A stretch of 63,967 bases of DNA, filler included, from Hyphochytrium catenoides (GCA_900088475.1; 11 parts of 11 records of this genome joined end to end with filler, not necessarily neighbours in it), one strand, 5' to 3'; shown: positions 37,232 to 51,014, counted from the whole stretch's first letter. The notes: generated by a model not told the origin, from the letters alone. Program-made: numbers and translations.

Positions 37232-38962
37232 TTACACTTTTGCCAGAGTTTTATTCTTGGAAACGAAGGAAATGTGCTCGAACTCCATAGCCTTATTGTT
37301 GGCCTCCTCCTTGGGCTGCGGTCCAGGAATCACCAGCTATAGCGATGCAATAAGCTGCAGTTAGTCTTCGCGGAGAATAAGGTCTAAGTTAACGTAAAAT
37401 CAAAGCTAGAAGGCCGACAAAACCGAACTCGTCGACTGAAAGGGGAACCGCAGCGAGGACGCAGAGTTAAGCGTTTTACCGTGGCGCTCTTTTGAATCAC
37501 TGCTAGGGCCGTGACGGCCAATCCATCTTCAACAGCAGGAAGGAGGACCCGATCGTCCGCACTTAAGCTTTCCATAGAGTAAAATGTTACCATAGCGGTT
37601 AGGGGGAATCAGATCCTGTAACTTGGGTCCATAATCCGCTTTACCTCTTGGCTAGTGCACTAGCCTTAGCCATAGCTTCTCCCTGACTGATTGTTTGTAC
37701 CTTCTTGCCGCCAGAGTACAAGGTAACAAAGGGGCTGTCGGGGTTAATCTTGACCTGATCTGCATACTGCAGCTCATCGTTGATAAGAAAGAAGTCGGAA
37801 TACTTGTAGATCCCTATTGCCAAAAACCGAACATGCAGAAGGAGATGCGCGTGAGGAAGGGAGACAGAACTGAGAGAATAGCTGTTACATAGTACCCCTA
37901 TTTAGGGAGAAGTGACTCGTCGTGTTAGCCTCGTTAGGACTGAACAATAGAGGGGGAGAGAGGAGGCGATCTAGGAGCAAGAAACTGCGGTTACCAGGGA
38001 TATCCTCTATGTGAGCGCCGGTGGTGAAAACGAATCTCAGTTTTGGATAGGTTCCTGACGATAGGAAACGTGATTGCAGGTGGGCTGGATAGTACGTTCA
38101 GTCTTGTCAGATTAGCGCTATTCCATGGCCCCTTCATGCCTGTTAACTAGCTTGCCTGATTCAATTTCTGGGATGAGCTCGGCAATCTCGTGGGAGAGGG
38201 TCTCCCCACTCTTAAGCGAAGGGTCATAGATGAAGAGCGCAGCCTTGGAATCCTCTAGCGCAGAGCTAAAAGAAGAGTGTCAAGCCCCCTTTTTATGGCA
38301 AAGGTAGGGTAGGGTTGAAGGAATAGACCATAGACGTACGAGATATGATTGATGTCAGAGTCCTTTGGAGACATAGCCGCAACATGGAGTCCACCCCTGG
38401 CCGCCGCAAGCTGAGTGACCACCTGGGCGCACAGTCGAATGTCAGAAAGTGGGTTTATAGAGCTTGAAGAGGATCGCTTCTTCTTACATTCTCTGCGCTA
38501 TTTGGTAGCAATGTAGCCACGACATCTCCTGGCCGAATGCCCATATCGAACCAGCCATTGACCAGGCCATCTGCGTATTTCTAGAAGATGTTGGCATCGC
38601 CTTAGTACTGGCATGGAAGTGAGATGTAGAACCACATTGATCTTCTACCTTGATGTCCTTATAGGTCAGCCGATAGTCCTGCTCCATGTCTCTAATTGCC
38701 TCTTTCATAGGTAAGTCGTCTACGGACTTGTGTAAGGCCTGCGTCACCGTCGATGCGTGACGGACGACCCCTTTCAGCAAGCCATAAGTCAATAACTCCA
38801 ATTCTAGAGCAAGAGAAGGGGGATCATTCTTCTTGAGCTTACCGACTGGCGCCAACGCCCTTCGGAGTCCTGGCATATACACACGAATTAGTCTTCTCGT
38901 CCAGATCTACGCACCTCTCAGCGCCACTTACCATTCGACCTGCTCAGAGCTCTGATCATCAT
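37232..38962 (-). CDS. Truncated AMP-binding (acyl-CoA synthetase-like) protein, ~305 aa, 10 exons, with mitochondrial presequence
   Basis: Spliced: MMIRALSRSNGLRRALAPVGVVRHAST..LPMKEAIRDMEQDYRLTYKDIKKYADGLVNGWFDMGIRPGDVVATLLPNSAENVVTQLAAARGGL..YPKLRFVFTTG..DSPFVTLYSGGKKVQTISQ..LSADDRVLL..KSATLVIPGP..LAKV*. Confidence 0.78.
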
Positions 38963-39905
38963 TCTGCCTAATGACACTGTTAGACTAAATAAGTCTAATG
39001 ATCCTGGAAATAGCTGGTGAGTCCTACAGTATAGGAAACGAGTATGGCCCCTGCTCAGTCACTCGGGCCTGTGTTGAGGTGGAGCTCCAATGATCTCTAT
39101 CTGAGCTCTCTCTGAAGCTCTATCTGCATTGTAACTCTATGGCGCCCAAGCTGCAGTCAGACGGCCAGATCCGCCACATAAATTCATCTATCACAAATAA
39201 CATGACATCTCGGTGTTTTATGAAATATATGAAGAACCTTATTCTCGATCATCTGTACTAGGAAAGTCTTGCTATCACAGATCTGAACAACGCGCTTCAG
39301 AATGCTAATAGCCGTTAGCCGCTTTAGGGTTTCACAACATCCGTTCTAAGGCTGGCCTGTGGTAAATAATAAGAACGGAAACGCCATTTGATCCGAGACA
39401 GAGGTTCCAGAGATAGCGGCAGAGCAAGGTAGAGTAGCGCTAGATGTACCGGAAGATGATGAGGCATATGTCGCAGCATGCGAGACAGAGGAGGCAGAGT
39501 CTTCACCACATCCCTCTCTGGCTCCAATGCCAAAAAAGTTGCTGCACAGAGCTTCGAAGCTCCATCAGACGGAAGATCATTGCGGCTTGTGAGGAGATCA
39601 CCTTATCAGGGCCTAGTTAGAACAACCCTCGACAGAGAGGGATCTGTAACATCTCGCAGATTGCGCCGTGGACGCTTGAAAGGTAGGTGAAGTGGCGCTT
39701 CGAAATATGGCTGCGTGGTTTAACAGTTCTCTGTCTCAAGAGCGCCGCGTAGGTCGTCATCCTGGATTCCAAAAAAGCGAAGACTTGGCCCTCACCTCTG
39801 TCGTCTAGAGGTAAGTCCATTGCTTTGTCTACCTATCGTGACATATCAGTAAAAGAAGACTATTTGCTATATTCAGGAGACGCAGTAGGGTCTGAGGAGG
39901 GTGAG

Positions 39906-40706
39906 ATGGCTAACAGGGCAAGGAAAAAGCCCGTCGCAGGAACGTCTTCAAAGTTAGAGTACCAACATCTGGACAATGAGGTAACCCTCTGAAATACATT
40001 GGATCTAGCTTCTCTTAACTCTCGTATTGCGCAGCCTGAGGATAATGGCCGCAACGACCTTGACAAGGAGATGGAGCTTCGACAGGTCAGGCGGAGGTTT
40101 GCCTACTAGCAGTTTTTGGTAGAAGCTGACGTTACATCTGTATCTTCGTCTGTGCAGCTGGAGATGCAAAAGCAAGACCAGTCGCTCGACGTGCTTCATG
40201 ATTCTGTGCAAAGACTTGGGCACATGAGCGTCACTATCGGGAATGAACTGGACACTCAGAACAAGTATGTTCCCGCTTACTTTTAGCCTCGTTATCGTCA
40301 GGACGTCGCACTAAAGAGAGCCCTACAGAATGCTGGAGGAGCTGAATGCGGACGTAGACGAAGCGAAGAATGCGCTGGACTACGTGACGAAGCAGACCCA
40401 ACAGCTCATCAAGAAATCAGGTACGAGGACCAGGAACCGTTTTAGATTTCCAAACTCTGCAATGACCTTTCTCTTTCTTTGCTCTTTCTGATCCACCATT
40501 CCTATGCGTCCACGCGTCCGCTCTTTCACCTCCTTCTTGTTGCCCTTTCTAAGATGCTTCTTAGCCTTTCAAGCTGTTACTTTTGAGTACTTAGTCTTAC
40601 GCCTTCTTCATTCTTCCTGCTCGCAGGGGGCTTCAAGTGGTTCAGCGTCATCTTGACGTTGACTGCTATCCTGGTTGTTCTTATCTTCTTGGTTATTTAC
40701 ACTTAG
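39906..40706 (+). CDS. Qc-SNARE (syntaxin-6/8-like t-SNARE) with C-terminal TM anchor, 5 exons
   Basis: QKQDQSLDVLHDSVQRLGHMSVTIGNELDTQNKMLEELNADVD..LIKKSGGFKWFSVILTLTAILVVLIFLVIYT*. An in-frame upstream exon (39478-39681) could extend the N-terminus. Confidence 0.85.
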
Positions 40707-40989
40707 TTGGGCAGGGGAGACTCAAAAAAACAAAGAGTGGAAAGAGTGCACTGGGATATCTTCCACTCGTTTTATTTATATCACCTCAGTCTCTCAGACA
40801 CGAGAGAGGAGACCTTTAAAGCAATCAATGGCATACTCTACGTCCTCCTGGGACACATTTAAGTTCGTTACAGCTCTCACTCGCCCATTNNNNNNNNNNN
40901 NNNNNNNNNNNNNNNNNNNNNNNNNNNNNNNNNTTAATTAATTAANNNNNNNNNNNNNNNNNNNNNNNNNNNNNNNNNNNNNNNNNNNN

Positions 40990-41489
40990 TCAAAGAGCAC
41001 CAATGAGGAGATTTTTCGTGACCAGATTCAGAACTTTGAGAGAGAGTTCGAGGACTTTTCGTTCTCAGATGGCGTGCGAGCACAGCTCTCAGAGTATGAG
41101 CACAAGCTACAGATAAGGTAAGCTTGTCTGTCTGCTGGACCTGTTAGGCTCTAGGAGGTTTCGTTTCAACCTTGCTCAGTGAAGGGATTACCAGCTACCC
41201 TCTGCCTCTTTCTATTTTATAAGAATGCTGATACAGCTATAATCTATTCTCTCGTGCACCTTTGCCTAGAGGCCCTCAGAAACCTTCACGACTATCTTCC
41301 TCTATATCTAGGAACGAAAAACATAAGAATATCCCCCAGATGCTGCCTTCTTCACCAAAGCGAGCTCTTCTGGATGGGGTCACCTCTCCTACGAAAAAAG
41401 GAAAGAAGGATCCTATGCTATCTCTTCCAGGGCTAGACCTATCTCAGTTCTCGAACAGAGCTAACCTTCAGCCGCCTAAGGCTCTCTAA
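40990..41489 (+). CDS. 3' end (two exons) of an unidentified protein
   Basis: Open frame KSTNEEIFRDQIQNFEREFEDFSFSDGVRAQLSEYEHKLQIR, a gtaagc donor and cctag acceptor, then a disordered tail ending PPKAL*. Confidence 0.5.
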
Positions 41490-42187
41490 GTGCCTCTCCT
41501 AGCTGGAGAGGCCAATGTAGAAAGGAAACAGTTGATTGACTTGCATGTAAGATAGCTCGCTAAGGGGATAATGCTAGTAAAACGTAGAGGCGATCTTCTT
41601 AAGCCGACCCACTCTCGCCTCAGTCGAAGTGCTATCCATGGCAGAGCAGGCACTATAACCTTCGTTCAGCTTAACATAATAATCTATGAGGTAGTAGAAG
41701 GAGTTAAACGCCCGGAAATAGTCCAACTGGCAGAGATATGCGACGGCTCGATTCCCGTTTCGCGATCTTCTCTGTGCTTTCATCTCTCCTTGCCTTTCTC
41801 TTTAGGCGTTGCTTTCATTTTTTACCTTACAAGTAGCAACGTAAGACATGGGTTCCCGACCGACTACCTCGCTTCGTCCACGACCGTTGCCGTCATCTGT
41901 TTTGGATCCGCTTTCACTCGCGCTCATACATTCCTCCATCCAATTGCGAACCCATAAAGCAACCCATAGATGAAGGCTACCGCCTATTGACAGAGATGAG
42001 AGACATCAACACAGATAAGCGGCATAGAGAGCTGTCCAGTGTGGCGGTGTTGACGGCGACCGATGGAAGCTGCGAGCTTTTAAAACCGGGTCGATAACCT
42101 TGCGTTTAATGTACATTGCCACGTTCGCTATGCATGTCCGTTACTCTATGCATTGTAAGCCGGCTTCGAGGGCCCCTCATGTCGTTA

Positions 42188-45100
42188 TCAAACAACTTGT
42201 ATCGAGTCAAAGATGTACGCAGGGATATATCCTTCTAGAGCAGAGCGAGGAATGTGACTGAACTTGCAGAACTGCTCTAAGAAGATGAGAACGTTGAGTA
42301 CTTCCACAGGAATACTGTCCCTGTCTTCTTCAACCTTCTTCCTCTTCTTCGCTTGCTNNNNNNNNNNNNNNNNNNNNNNNNNNNNNNCAAGCATCATCCA
42401 AGGGTCAGCAGGAACAGTATGGAGAGAAAGCAGTAAGTACGTTAGAGATAATGGCTCCCGAGGGGAAACTAAGGGGCTAACCTGGCGAGTGAAAGATGGA
42501 TGGAACTGCTTTAGAATAGTCAATATGCCCACGACCATGGGTGTCCCGTCAACCTGTAGGATTGAGTTGTTAGACGTTGCGTTGAACGGAATGGCTATCT
42601 TATCCTCCAACCTATTGCCTCCCCATCTTCTGGCCTTCCCTTCGTAATTTACGCTCTATCCTCTGCTTGCACTTTCTTGGCGTTTCGTCGATGTCCCTGT
42701 GCTCTTTCTCTTGGCATACTCGCACTTACCGGATACTTCTCTCTTGCTCGAGTGAGGGTGCCAAAGTTCTTGTCATAGGCTAGCTTAGGCATATAGACCA
42801 CTACGAATAGCACTAGCAGCAGAGAAAGCCCCTCCAGGGGCTCATCGATAGTAAGATAAATCTTAGAGAGAGGGTCTGTTGCCCCGTTGGCATCCAAATA
42901 TTTGTTCAGTTCCGTCAGGACAGGGTTTCCATTCTCGCCAGGGTATACTTTCTTCTGAGGGTTGCGGTAGTGGGCGTGTATGTCGTTCATGATAGACTGC
43001 TCAGAGGCATCCAGGGCGCGAGAGGAGTTACGATAAAGCTATATACTGAGGCACATCGACAAGCTTGTCTACGGCAGGTAGGGAGAGGAGTAGAGAAAGC
43101 TGGACCTAGTTAAAGGTTAAGGTAGCCAACAGCCAGATAGAGAAGGGGATGTGGAGCTGGAACTGCATACATAGCACAGGGTTGCGTGACGTATGCCTAA
43201 GGTAAAGAGATAGCCTTCCCTAACCTTGTTTAGCGTCTCCAAGCAACAGGAGAGCAAGTTGGCATCGAGTCTGCTTGAGAAGGTTAACTCATAGGATATT
43301 TGCCGGCGGATGAGCTGAGCCTGTCATACGAAAAAAGGCCATTAGCCCTCCCCATTGCCATTTCTTCTTTTTCACCTGGAACTCCTGTGGTTACTTTAAT
43401 CCTCTCTTTGCGCTTACATTTATCTGCTCTCCTGCTACCAACCCCTGTCTGTCTCTTAAGATAATTACTGGCTGGCCATTGTCATCACGCCTGGTCTTCT
43501 TGCTACCTATGTCCTTACCTGTCCAATGATCATGCTCGCCTTAAGCATCCCGTTCATCAGGTGCTCCACTTTTCTAAGCGCGGACTCATAAATCTTTCCA
43601 GCCTGGTCTGGTATTCGCCACTCCGGTGTCAGAGCTTCCGCCAGCTGATCAAGTAACGGCAGCACCTCCACCACCCGCTGCTTCCAGAACTTAACCTAGG
43701 ATGTGCAGACATATAAGAGTAAGGCATCAGAGGATACGGAGACACATATGCTCAGCAGCGTGCTCAAATCGCGGCCGCTAGCAGCAGGAAGTGGATTGGA
43801 CTGGACTCATGTCCATAGATGGGAAGTGAGATGTAGTCGACGACTTCGGCGCTGCGAGAGCATATGCTCGAGAATTGACGATTTCAGGACTGGAGACGCC
43901 CAAAAAGCTATTCATGAAGCAAAGGGGATTGAATGCACAGCACTGAACATTGCATAATTCCCGGCAATTCCCGGGCAAGGCCCGGGCAACGAATGGTAGA
44001 AGGATGCGAAAGAGCTACCAGGTTATTCATGGTATGTACTATCCGGAAGGAGAGCATACGGTCCAGCCCTACTAAGCCCGAAAGCTCAACGCTACGATGC
44101 AATAGGGAAAAAGTGCTGCATAGACCATTAGGAAGACCGTAAATTCAGGGTGCTGTTCAATGGACAAATCTCAGTCATAACAATCCTTCCTTTACCTAAG
44201 TCCGCAGATTTCCTTTCCCTCGGAAGAGTACCATCCGCATCGCTCCGGAGCGTAAGTGGTCGTCTCAGGGTCAGTTATAAGAAAGACTGCTGACATTAGT
44301 CGCCTTAGGAGGAACCCAAGGCGCAGCACAAGGAGAAGCGAGAAAGCTGTTAAGGCGAGCGGGAGGGTTTAATCATAGGAGTGCCTTACCCCATAAAGTT
44401 CACATGTTTGTCATCACCCTCAGGCGGAGGAAACCGTGGGATAGGGATCGCACGATTCTGCACATGACAGGCCGGAGGAAAGTGAGACACTTCGTCAAAA
44501 CTTTCCAGCCACCATGCTGCGCGTAGTCATGGCAAGAATATGTCTCTCTGTCTTAACCCCTTCCAACGTATTCGGAGGTCGCTTTTTGTCTATGCGCTTG
44601 AGGCCCACCCATAGTACCAGCCCTTGAACCCCCAGCCCCTCCCTTTCGACGTCGTTTTGGAGACTCCAGGTCCCATTTTAAAAGCTGAAGCTTCCTCTGA
44701 GGGTCTTTCCTGCCTGCTTACCTGATACTGGGATGCCCGGTCGTATACTTTCTTCTTGAGGTATCTGTTACACTCCTGCTCCACATTGTAGTTCATGAGG
44801 CGACCAAACTCCTCCAGCCACATACGGAGGCCATAAATATTGATGTAGTCCTGTTGCATGCAGAGAAGTTGAGAACTCAGCCTCAATGAGGCCTTCCAAG
44901 TTCCACCTGCGGTGAGAAGTACTAGGGCCAAATTGAACCATTGCGGCAGCCTAAGAGACTCTCAATGTCAATGCAATTAAGGCCGAGGCTTACCTGAATG
45001 TACTCAAAAGAGACTCTATAGCCGGTGAGGGTGGCGGCTAACTTGTTCAAAATCTCCACGATCTGCTCTGGATCACGGCTGGGAAAAACCAGTGTCTCAT

Positions 45101-46445
45101 GCAGCGCCACCGAAACCTAAGATCACGGTAAGTATAAACCACCATCAGCTATGCGAGAAGAGACGAAGGAGGACAGCCGTGGCGGGAGAATGCGTTTGAC
45201 TAGCAAAGAGCAAGATCAACGTACCTGATAGACGAGTTCTTTTCGCAGTCCGTCCTCCAGGATCTGTCGGGGATCAACTTGGATGACACTTTGTAGATGG
45301 TAGTAGAGGTGGAGATTGTGTGAGGTCATATGAATTGGAAGAATAGTAACCCTCGGGTCCTCACCCTAAGAGTGTTTTCTTCATTGCCAGGACTCCTTCA
45401 GTGAAGACAGACACCTGGTGCGTAGCTCTGGCCAGGGTGTACCGCTGGTCTAACTGTGCATACTCCTTCAGGGCAGTATGTTCAATCTTAATAGGTAGGT
45501 CCTTCATGTTGTACGTCTAGAAGAGAGAGATAACGGTGAGATTCATGCACAAGGTTCACGGCAAGGAGCCACACAAGAGGGTGAGGAGCCAACCTAAGGC
45601 GTTACTTAGGACCTCACATCAACGGAAGCCTCCTCTTTTATTTGATAAAGGGAAGAAAGAGCATAAGCTAGCCATAACCGTCAGCCCAGGAGAGGGGGAA
45701 TATGGGACGAGACGGGGGAAGAGGGGGAAGAGCTGTGGCTAGTACCTGAACTCCCACAATCCCCTTCAAAATCCTGAAGACACTCTGCGGTATGACCTCT
45801 ACTACCCTGCGGACATAGTCTACCAACTCTCCCGAGTAGTATTCCGCAACACTGATTACATCGCCAGAGTTACACTGCGAGCAGTTGAGGGAGTCAATGA
45901 CCGACAACTTTAGGAGCCATGAACGTAGGCAGAGGGGACCATGCATGAGGCTAGGTTAGGGCTTTGATATATAACCAACCTGATTGATTCTAATGAGCGG
46001 CACGTCTAGGATAGAGGCAAGCTTGAGGAAGACAGCTCTCAGGAGAATGACGGCAGTCGGTTCTTTCTTGATCCTTGCGTGCAAGATTCCCATGTAGTCG
46101 TTGATGATCTCCCACCCATAGGAAAGATCGCTGATGGATTCCAGCTGATTCATTACCTAGTGAAGACAGCACTAAGTTCTGGTATACCTCCTCCCTTGTG
46201 CAGCTTTTCTCGTCTTTGTCGTCGGGCACCCACAGTGACCCAGCCCTTCAACCATCCACACCTCCAGAAGAGCCCTTAAGGGCTGTAAGGTCCGCAACCA
46301 CTCCGCCATCTCGTACCTCATCTCTAATGTTAACCGCTCTGATCATCTCCACAAGGAATTCTCGAGTTTCTGCCAAGAACTGTTTGATTTGCAAGGAGCT
46401 GTCGATCTGGTCAAACTGCTCTACGTCTTCTAGAGCAGAGAGGAG
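42188..46445 (-). CDS. WASHC5: WASH complex subunit 5 (strumpellin), 5'-truncated, multi-exon
   Basis: [123 protein letters not shown]. Confidence 0.93.
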
Positions 46446-46683
46446 CTGCAGGAGACCCGGAAATTAACGTGATGAAGGAGTGATTGGAAAGTATTAAGGT
46501 GAGCGGTTTGAACAGGAAGTTGTAGATGGAAGTTGTAGGTGGACATACNNNNNNNNNNNNNNNNNNNNNNNNNNNNNNNNNNNNNNNNNNNNTTAATTAA
46601 TTAANNNNNNNNNNNNNNNNNNNNNNNNNNNNNNNNNNNNNNNNNNNNCCCCCCCTCCACCGCCCTTCCCTGTACCACGGCAG

Positions 46684-49600
46684 TGCCACGCACAGAACTT
46701 TGCCAGACGCAGTTCCTGCTATCGCTGCCAACGACCTCGAGGCCCTGGGTCCATTATAGTGCCTCAGGAGGGTGAAGAGAATCCCTTATTTGGAGAGCCC
46801 TCTACTTCTCTCATCATCAAGAACCTTCACGTCAATACGGGCGAGGAGGCGGTAAGACATATAAAGCCGATCAACCTTGCCTCTTGAACTTGTTGTGGGC
46901 TTCAAGTTTCTGTCTCCTCTCTCTCGCTCGCTCGCTCGCTCTCTCTCCCCCCCCCTCNNNNNNNNNNNNGTTCTATTTTTTTCCACAGATCGTTGAGGCA
47001 TTCCGCCCATTCGGAACGGCACAGAGCGTGAACATTGTAAAGGACAGACAGAGAGACCAATCCAGGGGCCTTGCTTTCATAGATTTTAGATCCATCGATG
47101 TAAGTCGTTGGAACATCCTTCCTCACTCCATATCTCCCATGTGCTCTTTACTTGCTTGGCATTCTTTGTACATAACCATGCTTTCTTCCTGTCTTTGATC
47201 CCTTCCTCAATATCTCTAGTTATCTTCTTTGTTGGCAGAGCACCAAAACCAATGGGACAGACTCTCTTAATCTTGTTCTGGTTCATAAGAGAACAAACTG
47301 ATCGCTTGAGCGACGTAGAAGTCCATTTCCATCCCTTCACGCTCTATCTCGGTGCTCTTTCCCTATGACCTTCCCTTATTCTTTAGTCTGACGCATGAAC
47401 ATTCGACTCCTGTTTCAGGAGGCACGTCATGTACTAGAAGCTGCAGTGGCGCAGGGACTCACAATAGAAGGTGGAGAAAAGCCATCAGTGCCTGTGGCTT
47501 CCGTTGTCGCTTCGGCGGATATCTCACTGCATCCATCTCTCTCATTTCTTTGCCGTCTTCCTTTTTTTTCAGGAGCCAGAGTCCGCTTAGCCTTCTCCCG
47601 GGACTATATGAAAGACAGACTCTTGTATGGACCTCCTCAACCAGGGGTCGGAGGGAGAGGGCAACTGAACAATCTAACCTCTGCTGCCCTAGAGCAAGCA
47701 CAGTGGTCCAGATACTCAGCTGCCATCGTAAGTCGCTCTTCCAATAATCTATGGCTTCTGTCCAGTAGCCTTTGCTATGTTCTTCTCCAAGACCTTCTTT
47801 CTCTTTCACGTTGCCCTTTACAACTCTGCCTGCTGTATACAAGAGGTCTCCTTCACCATCTCTCTTCTAACATATTCTGGACAGTCTGACCCGCAAGCAG
47901 GACAGACCGGAGAGACCGGAGAACTTCCATCTTCTTCTCTCCCTGTGCCAAAGGGTCCGAAAAAAGAGTGGCCACCGCCGTTTGAAGAGGCCGGCGCAGC
48001 TTGGGTCTATGACGCTAATAGCGGCTACTATTATGAAGGCACAAGTGGTTTCTACTACGACATCAAGACCAAGATATACTACGGCAGCTATAAGCAACAG
48101 TACTTCACGCATAACAAAGGCGGAGATCCTCCTTTTGTGCCCTACGAGGGAGCGCAGGGTGGCGCTGCTGCAGAAGAAACGAAGGAAGGAGGTGGAGGAG
48201 AGGCGAGAGCGGACAACGCAGTCGCTGCTCTTAATGGTAAGACCACTTCTGACTCTGTCTCACAATAACGTAGACCAACGACTTCTCCTTCTTCGTGGCC
48301 CCTTCTACTTCTCACAAACCAGCCCTTGCGAAGCCAAAGGAGGAGGGAGCTTTGTCTTCAGTAAAGCAGAAGACAAGCACAGCGGCAGCAAAGCCGACTG
48401 GAGTCATCGCCTTCGGTCTAAAGGTTTCTGCGCCTTCCTTCTTACCCCACCATCTTGTCCTCTCGCCGAATGCTCAGAAATTTATTGTTGATGCCTTTCG
48501 CATTCTTTTTTCCTGCCGATCCTGCCTGGCTCGTTCTCGTGTTGCAGAGACATGTTTCTCTCTCTGTCGCCTGCTCTTTCTCTTTCTCTCTGTCGCTGCC
48601 TCTCTCTCTCCACTAATGAATCCTTATGTACAGACCGGTGGAGGTCCAGTTAAGGCCAAGCTGCTTTCTACAAAGAAAGCGGCCAAAGATATTGGGAAAT
48701 GGGTAGAGAAACAGCAAGAGAAAGACGAAGGGACAGTAGACAACAAGGGGCCTCCTCTTCCTGCTCGAGCCGGACCCAAAGAGAGGAAAGCATCGCCTCC
48801 TCCGACTGCCCCTGCTCCTGCTCCCTCGTCATCAACTCCAGCCGGAAAGGGAAGGATCAGTCTTCCTGAAGTGCCTCTCTCGATTCCTCCGAGCACCTCG
48901 TCTCTGCCTCCTCCTCCAGCCGAAACAGCAAAGTATAGGGGAACGAGTGAGGATGGGAAAGCAATCTGCTTGGTAATTCTGACGAAGGGGACTGCATTTC
49001 CCGTTTTTGCTCCTACCTCATCTCTCCACATCTACTGTCCCTCTCTGTATCTCCTGTCCCTTCTCCCTCTGTCTGTCCACTCCTTCTTCCATTACCGTCT
49101 TGCGTGGTCGCCAGCCATTCTTAAGCTTCTGTTCCAGGCTCAAGTAATGTCCGTAAAGCCACTTGAGCGTCCTAAGGATGCTTTAGTTTCTGTCCTCGTC
49201 CTCGTCCTGCGCTCGCTGTTGTTGACCACTATGTTCCGTATAATGCTCTTCATTTTCTGCTCAGCCTCTTCTCCTTATCCTGTCTGCCTGGCATGTATCA
49301 GGCAAGCAAACTTTGAGCGGAAAGCTATAACTCTTACTCTTGCCCTTATTACCTTAGCTTTGTCGTCGAAAGTTCGAGTCGTTAGAGACGTTAGAGAAGC
49401 ACGAACAGCTCTCCAAGCTTCACAAGGTACCCTTTTTAAGTTAAGGGCAGGCCGTAACTACTTCTCGCGTCAAAAATGTTTTGCCCCTAGCAGCCCATGC
49501 TCTAGAGCTCCTCCGCTCTTCTCCGTTTCTAATTAGTCTTTTCTATTTAGGAGAACCTAGCGAAAGCTCAGGCTGTAGCGGCGCAACAGGTATGATACTG

Positions 49601-50710
49601 GCGGTCAAGTTCAATTTAAATTGCTTCCCACTTCCTTCTTTTTTCGTTCATTATGTCTCGCACTTGTTTATCTTTTTTTTCTTGTCGTACGCGCCATTAG
49701 GTTCGTTCTTCTCCGTTCTTCTCCGTCTTCTTCCTCGTCTCTCTCTGTTTGTGAGTCCAACCTTTGTCATACTTTCTTGTCATTGCCTCTGTATAGTGTC
49801 GTGGCTCCTAGCTCAGCGCCGTGATCCTTTTCTTCTCTTGGCGTTCTCACATTCTAATTGCTCTTAGTACCGCGATCGGGCCGAGGAGCGGCGTCAGAAG
49901 TATGGTCAAGATTCAGCTCCGAAGATGATCGAGTCGAGGAAGCAGAGAGAACAAAAATTGACGCAAGAAGCTTTGGAGTTCCAGCGAAAGCGGGAGGTAC
50001 CACCCGTTCAGATCCCTCTGTACCATTTCAACCTCTTTACCTCTAGACTCGTTCGCTCTCTAGCTCTAATTCTAACCTCTTCCAGTTCCGTCTTTGTGCT
50101 GTCTCCTCGTCCTCGCAACTTCTCTGTATTATAGATCTATCTGACCATTTCTGGCTTCTTTCTATTATTAGCTTGAAGCCCAACAGGAACAGCAGGATGA
50201 TAGACCTTTAGGAGAGTCGAATGTAGGCAATAAGCTGCTCAAGATGATGGGATGGAAGGAGGGAGAAGGTCTAGGGAAGAATAAGACAGGAATTACGGCG
50301 CCGGTGGAGGCGTCAAGCAGAGGAGACGGAGAAAGGGCAGGACTGGGAGCAGACACTGGCCCAAGAATAGACATCAGAGGCGCGACGGACTATAAGCAGG
50401 CTGTTAGAGAAGCGGTAAGAAGGACTTGCCAAGAAAGATCTTCTTGCGTCTCTCCCTCCTGCCACAGTCTGCCAAGCCTTCACTTCAACGCGCGGTGCTC
50501 TTTCTCCCCCGATATCTATGTTCTTCTTCTCTCATTTCAACACGTGGTGCTCTTTCTGCCCTGATATCTATGTTTTTCTTCTCGATCTCTTGGAGTTGCC
50601 TTATCTAATAGTCCTCTACCTGCCATGCTAATGCTTTTCTTCCCTGACAGACGTTAGCTCGATACAAAGCCCAGTCAGATGATCGTGGTGGTTGGGCGGC
50701 AATAAATTGA
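46684..50710 (+). CDS. RBM5/RBM10/SUA-like splicing regulator (RanBP2 ZnF, RRM, OCRE, C2H2, G-patch), 5'-truncated
   Basis: CHAQNFARRSSCYRCQRPR; RRM SRGLAFIDF; OCRE WVYDANSGYYYEGTSGFYYDIKTKIYY; CLLCRRKF..HEQLSKLHKENL; YRDRAEERR; G-patch NVGNKLLKMMGWKEGEGLGKNKTGITAPV. Confidence 0.87.
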
Positions 50711-51014
50711 TTTAAATGAAGACTTAAGAACCACACTCTGAAACTCATAGCCACACTTTGGATCTACTGAGCAACTGTCACTCTCCTCCTCCTACGAACC
50801 CCATCGTGCTCGATTTTATCGTGTCTCTCTCCCTGTTTACTGATGGTCAACAGGTTCCGTTGTACTCTTGCAAGGAAAATGACTAGTAAAAAAGAGAGAG
50901 AAAGGGGATCGGGCAAGTCTGTCCCTTTCTTTCTTTTGAAGGTTGAGAAGAGACAGAGGCATGAAAGCAGGTGCAAAGTAGCCTTGCGCTGTAGTTGAGT
51001 GGGTGTTGCTATTA

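Noticed and set aside
48295-49536. 413-aa ORF as a separate gene
   Set aside because: Read-through of RBM5-like exons and pyrimidine-rich introns.
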